Shown piece after piece: positions 44,946-56,311 of a stretch of DNA of 64,000 bases. The stretch comes from Naegleria gruberi (taxonomy: Eukaryota). Position 1 is the first letter of the stretch, and every line of letters starts with the position of its first letter. The position numbers were made by a program, and so were the translations under genes. The notes under the pieces are model-generated. The model was not told where the DNA came from. It ran no database searches and saw nothing but the letters and a program-made list of their open reading frames with translations. The stretch lies in the NCBI GenBank assembly GCA_000004985.1, contig GG738866.1; one strand, 5' to 3'.

Positions 44946-45017
44946 CTCCCATGCCGGGAATTGAACCCGGACCTCCTGGGTGAAAGCCAGGTATCCTAGC
45001 CATTGGACTACACGGGA
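44946..45017 (-). tRNA. tRNA-Glu (anticodon UUC)
   Basis: Reverse complement is identical to the other two copies. On the minus strand it is followed by a T-rich run (GATAATTTTATTTTTAAAAG). About 40 nt of upstream sequence are shared with the other copies. Confidence 0.9.
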
Positions 45018-45143
45018 ATACATTCAAATTGAAAATATTACCCTCATCAAAATTATTTTTAATTTACATTGTGAATTGATTAGTTATTTTTTGATGGTTA
45101 TTATTGGTGGATACTTCTTTAATCACACAAAATCTTAATTTTA

Positions 45144-48100
45144 TTAAGCATAATAGGAAGGAGAGCTGGTTTGGAATAGGTCATGAAGAGTTCTTAATTG
45201 ATCCTCAGTGAATTTCATTTCATGAATTTGCCACATATCTGAATGGCATTTGATAAATTCTTGGAATGTCTTTTTAACAGTTTCTCTAATAGATTGAACA
45301 CTATCATTGGAGAACTTGGCCAAAAAGACGAGCATTTCTGGCATAAAATCAGGAATGGAATATGGGAATGCCAAAGCAACAGCGCTCAACCCAAGGATAC
45401 CACTGTGACGATCAATACTTTCCTTTGGGAGTTTGTCATTGGTTGTCTTCTTTGGTTTGGTTGCCTTTTCTTGGAATTCAGGAATCAACTTTTTCGAATA
45501 GTCAGTGCTGCTGATCTTTAAGAAACCTGAGAGCGTAATAGAGGCCATTTGTCTAACTTCTGGCTGAGAGTCTCTGAGCATTGCTGTAATAATTTCAAAT
45601 AATTTTGGAAGCTTTTCTTGCAAGAAGAATTGTTGTCTATAAGCAAATATTTGTAAACATTCCAAAAGTGCGCTTCTAATAGACCAATTAGCAAAGTTGG
45701 AACATTCCTTGGTTACAATTTCATCATACAAAAAGTCAATCAATTCATTGGCCAAACGAGAAGTGAATGCATATCCAGAAAGGATAATGATATCATTTTG
45801 GCAAATAACTTGTAAATCCTCATCATGAGAAGTTGTATGTTCATAAATCTTGGATACCAATTTGATATGATTCATTATTTCTCCAGATCCACAGTGAGGA
45901 GAACTTGAGTTGAACAAACTAGCAACAAAGCACAAGACAGTCTTGCTGAGATTCTTAAAGTCAGAGTATTGACGTTCGAATTGTGGGCTCTCTGAAGGAA
46001 GTGATCTTAAAGACTTTTCCATTGATTCAAGTGATCCATAAACCTTGAGGTTGAATTTCCTGAGGAATTCATGTTGTGATTCGTCAGTGGAAGCATTCAC
46101 CAAACCAAATGTTGGAAGATTGTTATGTTCCAATCTTCTTGGATGCCATAAGGATTTAAAGATAAAGGAAATAAACAGTCCTACGTATTCTCTAACTTGT
46201 TCAGAGTGATGAGAAAGAGAAATTGAAAATATATCTTCCAACAATTGTTTCATAATGGTTGGACTTCTCCAACTGATTTCACCAACAATACCATACAAAT
46301 ATTTCAAATATCTAACTTGAGCGTTGCTGTCAGCTTCATTATCCTTCTTTTCGAGGGCAGCTCTGGTCTTCTTAGCAATAAAATCTACAATCCATCCAAT
46401 ACGTCTGATATCTTTATCACAGACAGCAAACTCAAATCCTTCACACAATTCAGAAATACAACTCATAGAACAATTTTCCAAGACTTTTTCAAATATTTCT
46501 GGAATGATGAATTCGTGGATGGCTTTAACCTGTTGATCATAATCCCAGTGTTTCATACCTCTGATTAATCCTCCCATAATTTCAGAAATTAAAGCCACAT
46601 GGTGAGTTTCTTCAGTTTTACCTGTTCCAATAGTTGGCATTAAAAGTGATTGAATGTAAGGTTTACACATATCAAGAATACCAACACTACCAGCTTCACA
46701 TGGGAAAACCTGGAACAAACCCTTAAATAATTGAGCATTAGATTCATTGAAACCATCATCTCTAATACTCAATAACTCAATAAAGTTTTGTACGAAATCC
46801 TCTTCTATTACTGTTGAATAAATTTCCTTTTTGAAAATATTATGTTGCGTGGTATCTTTTGGAGCAGAATAGTCATAAACTTCGACTTTAGAAGGTAAAT
46901 TAAACCATCCAAAGTAGTTCTTCTCATAAAACTTGGCATTCTTGAACTCTTCAGCAGAATTTAAATTGGTACCCAATGCAACCCAATCAAGAGTATTGTG
47001 TTTGGTCTTTGGTTCAGGTTCAACCATTTTCGTTGGTTGTCTTGGCTTGTATTGGCTCAAAATTAAATTGACTGCTTCGTACGAAATTATTCTAGTCTTT
47101 TCTAAATCACTAATCATTTGTCTAATTGTAAATTTAGCAGCTTCAATAGGGAATACTTGATCTGGTCTAATCATTAACATTAAGAAACTGCTGACAAGAG
47201 TTTGGTATTTCCAATGCCATCCTCCATTCATTTTGGCAAGATCTGAAACATTAATGATTAAACTTCTATATTTTTCTCTATCTTGATCAGTTGCAATTTG
47301 AATATGATAGAATGCATTGAAATAGGTTTCATAGAGTTGTGCCAAACGTTGTTGGATACTTTGCTTTTCAATATGGCTGGTTTGACAAAGAATCATAATA
47401 AGTTTAGAACACAAATCCCAATCTCTGATAACACATGAAACTGCAAATGGTTTTTCCAAAATGAAAATAGCACCTGTTCTTTGTTCATCAGTTGAATTCT
47501 TGTCTGCAAGAACATCAATGAGCAGTGGTAAGAAACTCTTAATTACTTTGTCAGAAAACTTATTAATACATGACATTAATACAGATTGAGCACGTTTTCT
47601 AACTTCAGAGTAAGAGTGGAGTGAGAGACGGAACAAATCATCGAGTAATCTTTGATGAGATTTGGTGTAAGGAATAGACTCATTATGTATAACACATCTG
47701 ACTTTGTATTCCAATAGGGCTTGGATTAAAAGTAAATATCTTGGATACTTGTTTGGAGTCTTTGTAAAAACATCCTTATAACTGTGTTGTTTTACAAAAT
47801 CATGAGAAGATTTCTTCTTCTTGTATCTGTATCTAGTGTTACCACCTCTCATAGCTATCATTGGGAAGAATACTTTACAAACCTTTCCAATAAGATTTGG
47901 ATCCTTATCAGATCTATGTTCGAGAATAATAGTAGTAAGTTCATGAAGAGTATCACAAACTTGTTCATATCCCACAGTCAGAGGTACATCAGGACAACGT
48001 TTAGCAACACACAACCCAGCTTCAATCAGTCTAGAGTTTGGATATTGATTCATATCCTCTAGAATATCCTTATCAAATTCTGGGAATAAAGTATTACCAC

Positions 48101-50732
48101 CTCTCATCACATATCTGATAAATATTAAACTATTTTTCAGTTTTTGAATATCAGGAATGTTACCTTCCTTCTCTTTCATAACTTTTACACATGTTTTTAC
48201 ACAATCCAGAGATAAATTGAGATAAGTATTGCAAAGTTCATTAGCAAACCTCAACTCTTCTTGAGATGGAATATGCCAATTAATTTCAAAATCATCCAGT
48301 GAAATAAATTCTCCCCATGAGCTCCAATGAGAATGTTTTTTAAATTCTTCAGTATTCCATTGGCTAGCATTCACAGACTTGAGTTCCATCAAGTAATATT
48401 TTGTAAGAGAACGAAGAATATTTCTGAATAATTTTCCACTTGTCTTGACAACCTTTCTCTTGTCGCTTACATAGCATAAAGATATAATTGTTTCAAGTTG
48501 AGATCTGTACTTTAAGAGGTGATGGCCTGTTCTGTAACAAACCTGTCCTAGGATTTGTAAATAATATTGTGTTTCCATCTCGGTTAAATTCTTAAGCGAT
48601 TTTCCATCTCTATTTACAAGTTTATGATAGAGCATTGGAATAAACATTGCCAATGTCTGTTCAGGATATGCATAACTTAGTGAGGAGCACATGTGTGCAA
48701 TATTCTTTCTTGCATTAATTAAAAAGTTGGTTTCTACAAATTTGTAAATTCTCTTCAAGCAAATATCCAACAAGTCAGTAGACATTTGATTAAACAGTAA
48801 ATCACAAAGACCCCAGAACATACTAGGAGATATTATATCTGAATCACCTTGGTTTGCCTTTGGATCTTGTTGATGAGATAAGACATTGAAGATTCTTTCT
48901 AAAAGTTCAATACTCCACTCTTCGAAAATTCTAATAACCTCAGGAGGTGTTCTATCTCCAATTGAGGAACCTGTTGTACATAATGGAACACAAACCAAGA
49001 GGGAAGTATAGAATTTGAAAGTGGAGAAGGTTTTTGTTGGATCATTTACATCAATGCCAGGCAGTGTTAATTGGAGTAAATTTGAAAGATAATTTGCACC
49101 TTCAGGATAAATAGAATACTTAAGGAGAGGGAAAACAACCAAAGAAAGGGTTTCTAAAGCAGAAATAGTTTGATGAGTACTCGTTAAAGTTTCTAATGCA
49201 TAAAAACTTCTTTCCATTAATGAAGGAAAGACTTCTTCAGGAGAAATGTAAGCCAAATGCTTGAGTGAGTGATTGGCACATGTGGTCATTTGACTACTCT
49301 TTGAGAATAATGATGTCATAGCTAAAGGTTGAACTATTTGAACAAATGCTTTACAGTCATCACTGCTTAATCTATATTCCTCTGGAATCCAAGAATATCC
49401 TCCATTCTTTGAAGGAATATAATTATTCTCAGAGAATTGATTCATACCTCTTTCAATATCCAATCTCTTACCAAATTTTGTACATAAAATGAGAAGGAAA
49501 TCGGCACATTTTGTTGTCCATTGTCCTTCGTTTGAAGGCTGATAAAAGTTGGAGATGGATTTGATTAATTGTTTCAAATATTTAAGGGTATTTGAATTTT
49601 TAGAAATCATCCAAACAATTAATTTAGCTGAATTTGCTAAAAGTAAATTTTTAGCAATATCAAATGGTGTAATTAAATTAAGTTCATCTGATGGATATTC
49701 ATCATAATTCGATGGTAATGGAGTGTTACCAATAGGTAAATCAAAGCATTTCATGACTTTAGTGAAAATATATTCCAAATATGGATCCCAGTTAATATAA
49801 CCAGATTGATCTTGTGACAAATTAGCAAACAGTAAAAAGAAGCTCAAGTCCCAAGTTGGATAAACACCAATCCAATCCCAGATACCCAAAAATTCATCCA
49901 TCCATTTTCCATAGTGATTATTTTTGAATACCTCCTGACTTTTGTTGTCATTTCCTTCCAATCTTGTTGGTAAAAATATACTTAAGAAGGATTGGGCTTT
50001 GAATATTTTGTGATCATTAATACATAACATTGGTCTGAAAAATTCTAGCATTTCTTCAGTAGAATTAGTGGAGAAATACCTCTTGATTTTTCTAACCAAG
50101 TCAATTAGAGCAGCACCATGTTCTCTTGGACTATAGGTAGAAATACGAAATTTCTTGAAATATGTTTGGTCAAGAATATCATAAACTACTCTCCAATCAA
50201 AAGTAATATCGAGTACTTCTCCTTTTTTAATGAGAGAAGACAATCCATAACAACATTTTGCTTGAGTTGAAAAATCAACACTATAGATATTCTTACTAGC
50301 AATCTTTAGGATGTTGTATAATATTAAACACAATTCCTCCTTTTCCTTGATTAGTAGAGGATATTTAATCTCGGTATATCTTTTTAATAAAAGAAGAGAA
50401 TAATCTAAATGTTCCCAGTTAATATTTTCTACACAAAGATCATTTGGAGTATACATTCTAAAATGTTGAAACAATTCCTTCCTCCATTCATCACTTTCCT
50501 CTGGAATTACTTTACTAATCTCAGGTGGAAGGAATTTATGATATTTATACAACATTCTTTCTGTCTTTACTTTTTTGTTTTTGTTTTCTTCATTGTTTGG
50601 TAATTCTGCAATTATGGAACCTGAATCGGATGACAGTGTTGATGATGGTACAATCTCTTTATGAGTGGCATCGTCTTCCTCGTAGGTACGCTTCATTTTT
50701 TTATAGTCTGCTTTTGAATGGAAATTATGCAT
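45144..50732 (-). CDS. PSME4: proteasome activator PA200 / Blm10
   Basis: Intronless 1862-aa HEAT/ARM-like solenoid. The C-terminus ...SSPSYYA* carries the Tyr-Tyr-Ala tail, which I recall docks Blm10/PA200 into the 20S alpha ring. Size and repeat architecture fit. Confidence 0.7.
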   Translation of the reverse strand: MHNFHSKADYKKMKRTYEEDDATHKEIVPSSTLSSDSGSIIAELPNNEENKNKKVKTERMLYKYHKFLPPEISKVIPEESDEWRKELFQHFRMYTPNDLCVENINWEHLDYSLLLLKRYTEIKYPLLIKEKEELCLILYNILKIASKNIYSVDFSTQAKCCYGLSSLIKKGEVLDITFDWRVVYDILDQTYFKKFRISTYSPREHGAALIDLVRKIKRYFSTNSTEEMLEFFRPMLCINDHKIFKAQSFLSIFLPTRLEGNDNKSQEVFKNNHYGKWMDEFLGIWDWIGVYPTWDLSFFLLFANLSQDQSGYINWDPYLEYIFTKVMKCFDLPIGNTPLPSNYDEYPSDELNLITPFDIAKNLLLANSAKLIVWMISKNSNTLKYLKQLIKSISNFYQPSNEGQWTTKCADFLLILCTKFGKRLDIERGMNQFSENNYIPSKNGGYSWIPEEYRLSSDDCKAFVQIVQPLAMTSLFSKSSQMTTCANHSLKHLAYISPEEVFPSLMERSFYALETLTSTHQTISALETLSLVVFPLLKYSIYPEGANYLSNLLQLTLPGIDVNDPTKTFSTFKFYTSLLVCVPLCTTGSSIGDRTPPEVIRIFEEWSIELLERIFNVLSHQQDPKANQGDSDIISPSMFWGLCDLLFNQMSTDLLDICLKRIYKFVETNFLINARKNIAHMCSSLSYAYPEQTLAMFIPMLYHKLVNRDGKSLKNLTEMETQYYLQILGQVCYRTGHHLLKYRSQLETIISLCYVSDKRKVVKTSGKLFRNILRSLTKYYLMELKSVNASQWNTEEFKKHSHWSSWGEFISLDDFEINWHIPSQEELRFANELCNTYLNLSLDCVKTCVKVMKEKEGNIPDIQKLKNSLIFIRYVMRGGNTLFPEFDKDILEDMNQYPNSRLIEAGLCVAKRCPDVPLTVGYEQVCDTLHELTTIILEHRSDKDPNLIGKVCKVFFPMIAMRGGNTRYRYKKKKSSHDFVKQHSYKDVFTKTPNKYPRYLLLIQALLEYKVRCVIHNESIPYTKSHQRLLDDLFRLSLHSYSEVRKRAQSVLMSCINKFSDKVIKSFLPLLIDVLADKNSTDEQRTGAIFILEKPFAVSCVIRDWDLCSKLIMILCQTSHIEKQSIQQRLAQLYETYFNAFYHIQIATDQDREKYRSLIINVSDLAKMNGGWHWKYQTLVSSFLMLMIRPDQVFPIEAAKFTIRQMISDLEKTRIISYEAVNLILSQYKPRQPTKMVEPEPKTKHNTLDWVALGTNLNSAEEFKNAKFYEKNYFGWFNLPSKVEVYDYSAPKDTTQHNIFKKEIYSTVIEEDFVQNFIELLSIRDDGFNESNAQLFKGLFQVFPCEAGSVGILDMCKPYIQSLLMPTIGTGKTEETHHVALISEIMGGLIRGMKHWDYDQQVKAIHEFIIPEIFEKVLENCSMSCISELCEGFEFAVCDKDIRRIGWIVDFIAKKTRAALEKKDNEADSNAQVRYLKYLYGIVGEISWRSPTIMKQLLEDIFSISLSHHSEQVREYVGLFISFIFKSLWHPRRLEHNNLPTFGLVNASTDESQHEFLRKFNLKVYGSLESMEKSLRSLPSESPQFERQYSDFKNLSKTVLCFVASLFNSSSPHCGSGEIMNHIKLVSKIYEHTTSHDEDLQVICQNDIIILSGYAFTSRLANELIDFLYDEIVTKECSNFANWSIRSALLECLQIFAYRQQFFLQEKLPKLFEIITAMLRDSQPEVRQMASITLSGFLKISSTDYSKKLIPEFQEKATKPKKTTNDKLPKESIDRHSGILGLSAVALAFPYSIPDFMPEMLVFLAKFSNDSVQSIRETVKKTFQEFIKCHSDMWQIHEMKFTEDQLRTLHDLFQTSSPSYYA

Positions 50733-51204
50733 TTCGAGGCAATGGGTAGTGGCAATGTGATGGAGTGCTTTGTGCGTTCATGTTGTGTGCTTGATTCAAC
50801 CTTTAGCTTCGCTGCTGAAAAATATTGAAGTCTTAAAATTAAGATTATTATTCCGGAAGGCACAAACAACTAAAAATACTTGTATTATTACTTGCATTAT
50901 ATAATTCCAAATAATCATTTAGATGATCTAATTGGACCATTACAATACTAATAAATCATATTCTTGTTCGTTTGATGTTTGGAATTAGATCATTTGTTAT
51001 TCTCATGTCTTCAAAATATTCTATCCAGATAGCCTGGTTGAGAATCTTTCTTGAGGTGTTGGAAATATTCTTGTCGTGTTCAAACTTGTTGAAGAAGGTC
51101 ACCACAAAACACTTAAAGCGAAGGGGTGATAAACTGCATATTCAATAAAATAATAGATTTTCGAATCGAAAAAAAACAATACAACTACTAGACGGCATTT
51201 AACA

Positions 51205-52812
51205 ATGAGAGAACAAAACAACTATTTCAAACCACAACAAAGCCGTTATCAACCATACGACCGTAATGGTGGTGGTAGTGGGGGATACAATAATCAAAGA
51301 GGTGGCGGTGGTGGCCGTTATGGAGGTGATAACGAATTCAGAAACGATAGAGGTCCAAGATCATTCAACGATAATGAAGCAAGTGCTGGTCCAGCACACA
51401 TCAGAGAAGATGAACCAGAAGAAGATTTATTCAATAAGAGAAACACTGGTATTAACTTTGAAAAGTATGAAAATATTCCTATTGAAGTTTTTGGTAGAGA
51501 TCCTCCAACTCCACTCGCCACTTTTGAAGAAGCCGATTTACATGAACTTTTAATGACTAACGTTAAGAAGAGTGGTTATACTAAACCAACACCAATTCAA
51601 AAGCACTCTATGCCTGCTATTGTTACTTCAAAGAGAGATATGATGGCTTGTGCTCAAACTGGTTCCGGTAAGACTGCTGCTTTCCTCTTGCCAATTATTA
51701 ATGCTCTCTTAAAATCAGGAATTCACAAGGATAAGAGAAGATTTGCTCCAAACAAGGGTAATCCAAAGGCTGTCATTCTTGCTCCAACTAGAGAATTGTG
51801 TCAACAAATTTATGATGAATGTAGAAAGTTCATCTTCCAAACTTATTTGAAGACTGTAGTTGTTTATGGTGGTGCTTCAAGTGGTTATCAAATGAAACAA
51901 TTAGAAAGAGGTGTTGATATTCTTGTTGGTACTCCAGGTAGAATGAATGACTTTATTCAAAGAGAAAAGCTCGACATGTCTGGTGTTCAATATTTGGTTT
52001 TGGATGAAGCTGATAGAATGTTGGATATGGGTTTCGAACCACAAATTAGATCTATTGTCGAAGGTAGTGGAATGCCACCAAAGGGTGATCGTTTAACTTT
52101 ATTATACAGTGCTACCTTCCCTAAGGAAACACAAAAGTTAGCTCTCGACTTTTTACATGATGAATTGTTTGTTCAAGTTGGTATTATTGGTGGTACTACT
52201 GATAACATTACACAAAGTTTCTATCAAGTTGACAGACGTGGTAAACAAGATAAGCTTGTTGAAGTTTTGACTGAAAAGAAGGAAGAAAGAGAAAAGACTC
52301 TTGTCTTTGTCCAACAAAAGAGTACTTGTGATCGTATTTATGAATTGTTGACTCCTCTTGGATTCAAATGTTCAGTTATTCACGGTGATAAGGATCAAAG
52401 ATCTAGAGAAAGATCATTGAGACAATTCAAGGATGGTTATACTAATATTCTTGTTGCTACTGATGTTGCTGCTAGAGGTTTGGATATTGAAAAGGTAGCT
52501 CACGTTATCAATTATGATTTGCCAAAGGAAATTGATTCATACATTCACAGAATTGGTAGAACTGGTCGTGTTGGTAACTTGGGTATTGCTACTGCTTTCT
52601 TTGATCCATCTGAAGATGGTAAATTGTGTAGAGAATTGGTTAAGATTTTGAAGGATGCCAATCAAGAAATTCCAGAATTTATTGAAAATGCTGCTTACAA
52701 TCCATTTGGCGGTAGAGGTGATGGTGGTTTCAGAAGAGGAGGCGGTGGCTTCAGAGGAGGTAGAGGTGGTGGTAGAGGTGGATTCGGTGGTGGATTCAAC
52801 AAGAGATGGTAA
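51205..52812 (+). CDS. DEAD-box ATP-dependent RNA helicase, DDX3/Ded1/Belle subfamily
   Basis: Q-motif region, AQTGSGKT, PTRELCQQI, VLDEADRMLDMGF, SAT, HRIGRTGR. RGG/GGY-rich N- and C-termini are typical of Ded1/DDX3. Confidence 0.9.
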   Translation: MREQNNYFKPQQSRYQPYDRNGGGSGGYNNQRGGGGGRYGGDNEFRNDRGPRSFNDNEASAGPAHIREDEPEEDLFNKRNTGINFEKYENIPIEVFGRDPPTPLATFEEADLHELLMTNVKKSGYTKPTPIQKHSMPAIVTSKRDMMACAQTGSGKTAAFLLPIINALLKSGIHKDKRRFAPNKGNPKAVILAPTRELCQQIYDECRKFIFQTYLKTVVVYGGASSGYQMKQLERGVDILVGTPGRMNDFIQREKLDMSGVQYLVLDEADRMLDMGFEPQIRSIVEGSGMPPKGDRLTLLYSATFPKETQKLALDFLHDELFVQVGIIGGTTDNITQSFYQVDRRGKQDKLVEVLTEKKEEREKTLVFVQQKSTCDRIYELLTPLGFKCSVIHGDKDQRSRERSLRQFKDGYTNILVATDVAARGLDIEKVAHVINYDLPKEIDSYIHRIGRTGRVGNLGIATAFFDPSEDGKLCRELVKILKDANQEIPEFIENAAYNPFGGRGDGGFRRGGGGFRGGRGGGRGGFGGGFNKRW

Positions 52813-53068
52813 AAATCCTCTATAGTTTTTTGCGAGCACAATAAATTGTGGCTCACAAGCGCGGTAGGAATAAGTGAAATAGAGATCTAGTTCAGGTAGT
52901 TAAATTGCTAATTGCAATTTTCAATGCAATGTGAACTGTTTAGAGCTAGATTTTGAAGAAACATGTGTTGTCTATCGTGCTTGCGCAGCTTGTAAATATT
53001 ATTAATAACTGAGTACCCTAGGCTATTTAAGGCCAATTTTGTTTCTAAGGCAACTAACTGAATATTTT

Positions 53069-53110
53069 GTGATGCGATTTTTTGGTTAATAAAATGATTA
53101 ATCGCATCAC
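53069..53110. other. perfect 11-bp-stem hairpin (GTGATGCGATT...AATCGCATCAC) with nested TTAAT/ATTAA palindrome in the loop
   Basis: Seen directly at 53069-53079 and 53100-53110, in the 450-bp spacer between the helicase stop and the hydrolase start. Confidence 0.7.
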
Positions 53111-53264
53111 ATTTTTATGAATTAGTTGAGTTAGTATGTGAACATTGTTTCGTTTTTCAAAAATATCAAGTTCTCTTTCAATGTCTAATAATATTTCTAT
53201 TCTTCAAGAAAAGATAAATTTTAAGAGTCCGTATCAGTGCTATTAGGAAAATTAAGAAAAAAAA

Positions 53265-54171
53265 ATGACAACAACTAAACTTTCAAATCCTACAACCAAA
53301 CACGATCTTTGTGTCTACGAATGGAACGACACATTCAATGATGAAGCAACAAAACCTGAAAAATTAGTTTGTATTTTTCACGGAGCTGGTAAGTGACAAT
53401 TTTGAAAATTGATAAAAAATCGAATGTTAAAAAGGAGGAAGAGGATTGCAGTTTGAAAAAACATGCGAAATTTTAGCTAAAAACCATCCAGATTGGCATT
53501 TTGTCACGTTTGATCAAGTTGGTCATGGAGGATCTTTTTCAAGTGATATTTCATACCAGTGGTCTGATTTTGAATTTGATTCACTCTACTCAAATGCAGA
53601 ATTCATTGTAAATCATTTCAGAAATAAGTATCAACAAAAAGATCACAAAATTGAACTGTGTATTGCTGCTCATAGTGTGGGCAGTGGATTGGCTATGCGT
53701 TACTGCATCAATCATAGAGACATTGTGTCAAAATTAATTTTACTTGGAACAAAACCTGAGGCTCCAGGAAAATCACCTGTTTGGGTATTTCCTTCTTTAT
53801 TTTTGGAATTAATTCGAGGTGTTTTCTCTGCATCATTTGCCAAGCTGGCATATCATGAGTCAACTCCAATAGAAGTGAAAGAAGCCGAGTCAGAACACAC
53901 TAAAAACAATACCATGTACATGATGAAAGCTATTTGCACACAACTCATATGGCCAACTCAGGAGGAAATTGCTACTATTAAGGTAAAGACACTAGTCATT
54001 TCAGGAGAAACAGATGGTTTAACACAACCTGAACGTGGTAAAGTAGTGCATGAACTCATTGAAAATAGTCAATTCTGCATTATTGAAGGTGCCTCTCACA
54101 ACATGATGATTGAAAAGCCATCCATTCTAGCAGAGAAAATTGAACAATTCTTCATTGCAAATGAACAATAA
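53265..54171 (+). CDS. alpha/beta-hydrolase-fold protein (Ser nucleophile AHSVGSG); 2 exons with a 46-nt or 49-nt intron at 53389..53434/53437
   Basis: Exon 1 is MTTTKLSNPTTKHDLCVYEWNDTFNDEATKPEKLVCIFHGAG, then donor GTAAGT. Exon 2 is ...FEKTCEILAKNHPDWHFVTFDQVGHGGS...AAHSVGSGLAMRY...GASHNMMIEKP (HG oxyanion region, GxSxG elbow, C-terminal His). Confidence 0.6.
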
Positions 54172-54408
54172 AGTTTACAATCCATTGTGTTTAACTGTTG
54201 CAACCGAAACTTTTGCCAACTTTTCTCGAACGGAAATAGTCTAATAAGGAAGACTTTCCCTTAGATGGATCTTTTGAAAAATGTCAAAGAAGAGCGGCAA
54301 AATAATTAATACAAAGCAATCGGTGCAGTAGAGACAACAGAAGGTGATATATTTTTTAGCTGCCTCATTAATGATTGCCACAGAGATAACAGAACGACCA
54401 AAAAATAA

Positions 54409-56193
54409 ATGACAACGCTACTCACTGAAGTGCCTCCTCGGATTTCTCTTGAGGATAGCTTGATTTTGAATAAGGAAGAAGAGATTGAGGATGAAGGGGA
54501 GATGAATCATCATCAACAACAAATACAAGAATATAGGCGGAATAGCCAACAACATTTCTCTCCAATTTATATCAAGCAGGATGCAGAGGAAAAGAGTTCA
54601 AAAGGGTCATCATTTCATTCGGGGAAGAAGAGGAGTGCTTCATCATCATCAAAGCGATTTCTAACCCACAAGAATAGCATTAAGAGTATGAGCAAATATT
54701 CAGTTTCTGGGGATACTAATTTTTCTCCTAAAAAACTTCCATCAATACATATCGCCATACGACTAAAAAGTCACCCTCGGATTTTACTCCAATCAATTCA
54801 TCACTAGGATTGCAATTCTCTCCTGTACCAACAAGTTCTACTCTCTTAATGAAAATACATTGCTCATTTTTCTGTAGAGGAACACTTTGTAAACATGAGG
54901 ATTATCTAAGAACTGTACAATCAGAACATCAAAAGAAGGAAATGTCTTCATCAGTCACCTCTCCTAAAAGAATTAGAAAGTATTATGCTATTGAGGGGCT
55001 GAATTCTCATCATGTTACTAATAATGTAATTGCTTCTCAAAGATTATCGAGTCGATTAATCAAAAAGTTTGATATTATAGGACAATTTAAACACTACAAT
55101 GTAGTATCTGTTGTAAATTTACAGGAGAGAGGAGAACATGCTTATTGTGGAGATGGAATTTTGGAAAAGAGTGGATTTTCATATGATCCTGAGGAGGATT
55201 TAATGAAACATAAGAGTATGTATAATATTGTCTTTAGATTTGAATTTTTGAATTTCTATCAGTTCAATACTATAGTTATGCTTTCCAAGACATGTCAATA
55301 CCAGATTTAAACTTGATGATTAGTGTAGTAAAAACAATGAAATTGGATTCAGAAAAAGGAAGGATACTTGTACATTGTCACGCTGGTTTAGGAAGAACTG
55401 GACTTGTGATTTGTTGCTTTCTGATTTATTGTAAATATTTTCATAATCCAACAAAAGCTATACTATTTGTGAGAAGTAGAAGACCTGGAAGTATTCAAAC
55501 GAAATCTCAGGTTCAATTTGTTTCTCAATTTTATAATTTTTTGACAAGGAGTAGAACATTTTTTCATTCGGCCACATTAAAACTTGCAATGGAAAAGCAA
55601 AGAGCAATCTGTAAGTAATAATTTCCATTCTGAAAATCCTAAAAGTTATGTTTTAAGGTTGTGGTACAGAATATATAATTCTAAGGAGAACTCCCAAATT
55701 AGTTTTCGAGATTTGCCAACAATTATCAAACATTTTATTTGCTTCGAATAATTTACCTCAATTATTAACAAATTTCTTCCTGTTTAGTCCTGACACAATA
55801 ACACGAGATTTGGACGCTTACAAGAGCAAAATCAATATCGATGACTGGTCAAGCCTGAGGAGGTGTAATAATTTCCCAACTCTCACCTACTTACTGTTTG
55901 ATTGGTTGGAAGGATTCGACCCTCCAATCCTTGATCAAACCCTTGATTTTGACCCAAATGAAGATTTGGGGTGGAATTTAAAAGTAAGAGGAATGGTTTT
56001 AGAGGTGGAAATTGTTAACGTCCTTGTTCGAACTCTATCACAAATGTTTAGAAGATTAATTGATCAATCATTGGCCGAATCGTTTGTTTTGTTATTCCTG
56101 TATAAATTGTGTAAGACAACCCTAGGTGCAGAGGAAGACATTGTTAGATCTTTTATTCGTCAAATGAAAAGAGGATCAACCACAAAATGTTAA
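54409..56193 (+). CDS. PTPDC1-like protein tyrosine phosphatase (multi-exon, junctions not resolved)
   Basis: VNLQERGEHAYCGDGILEKSGFSYDPE (compare PTPDC1 INLQRPGEHASCG...ESGFTYLPE), the catalytic loop VHCHAGLGRTGLVICCFLIY (CX5R) and ILFVRSRRPGSIQTKSQVQF. Four consecutive ORFs in different frames are linked by short introns. Confidence 0.6.
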
Positions 56194-56311
56194 TAAACAA
56201 TATTTTCACTATTTGAATTGGGAGTAGTTTGTTTCTTGTTATCTTCACCTTTCATTAACTTTGGCTATGTGTTTATAAACCAGTGTGACATTGAAATCAT
56301 CAATCAAAAAA

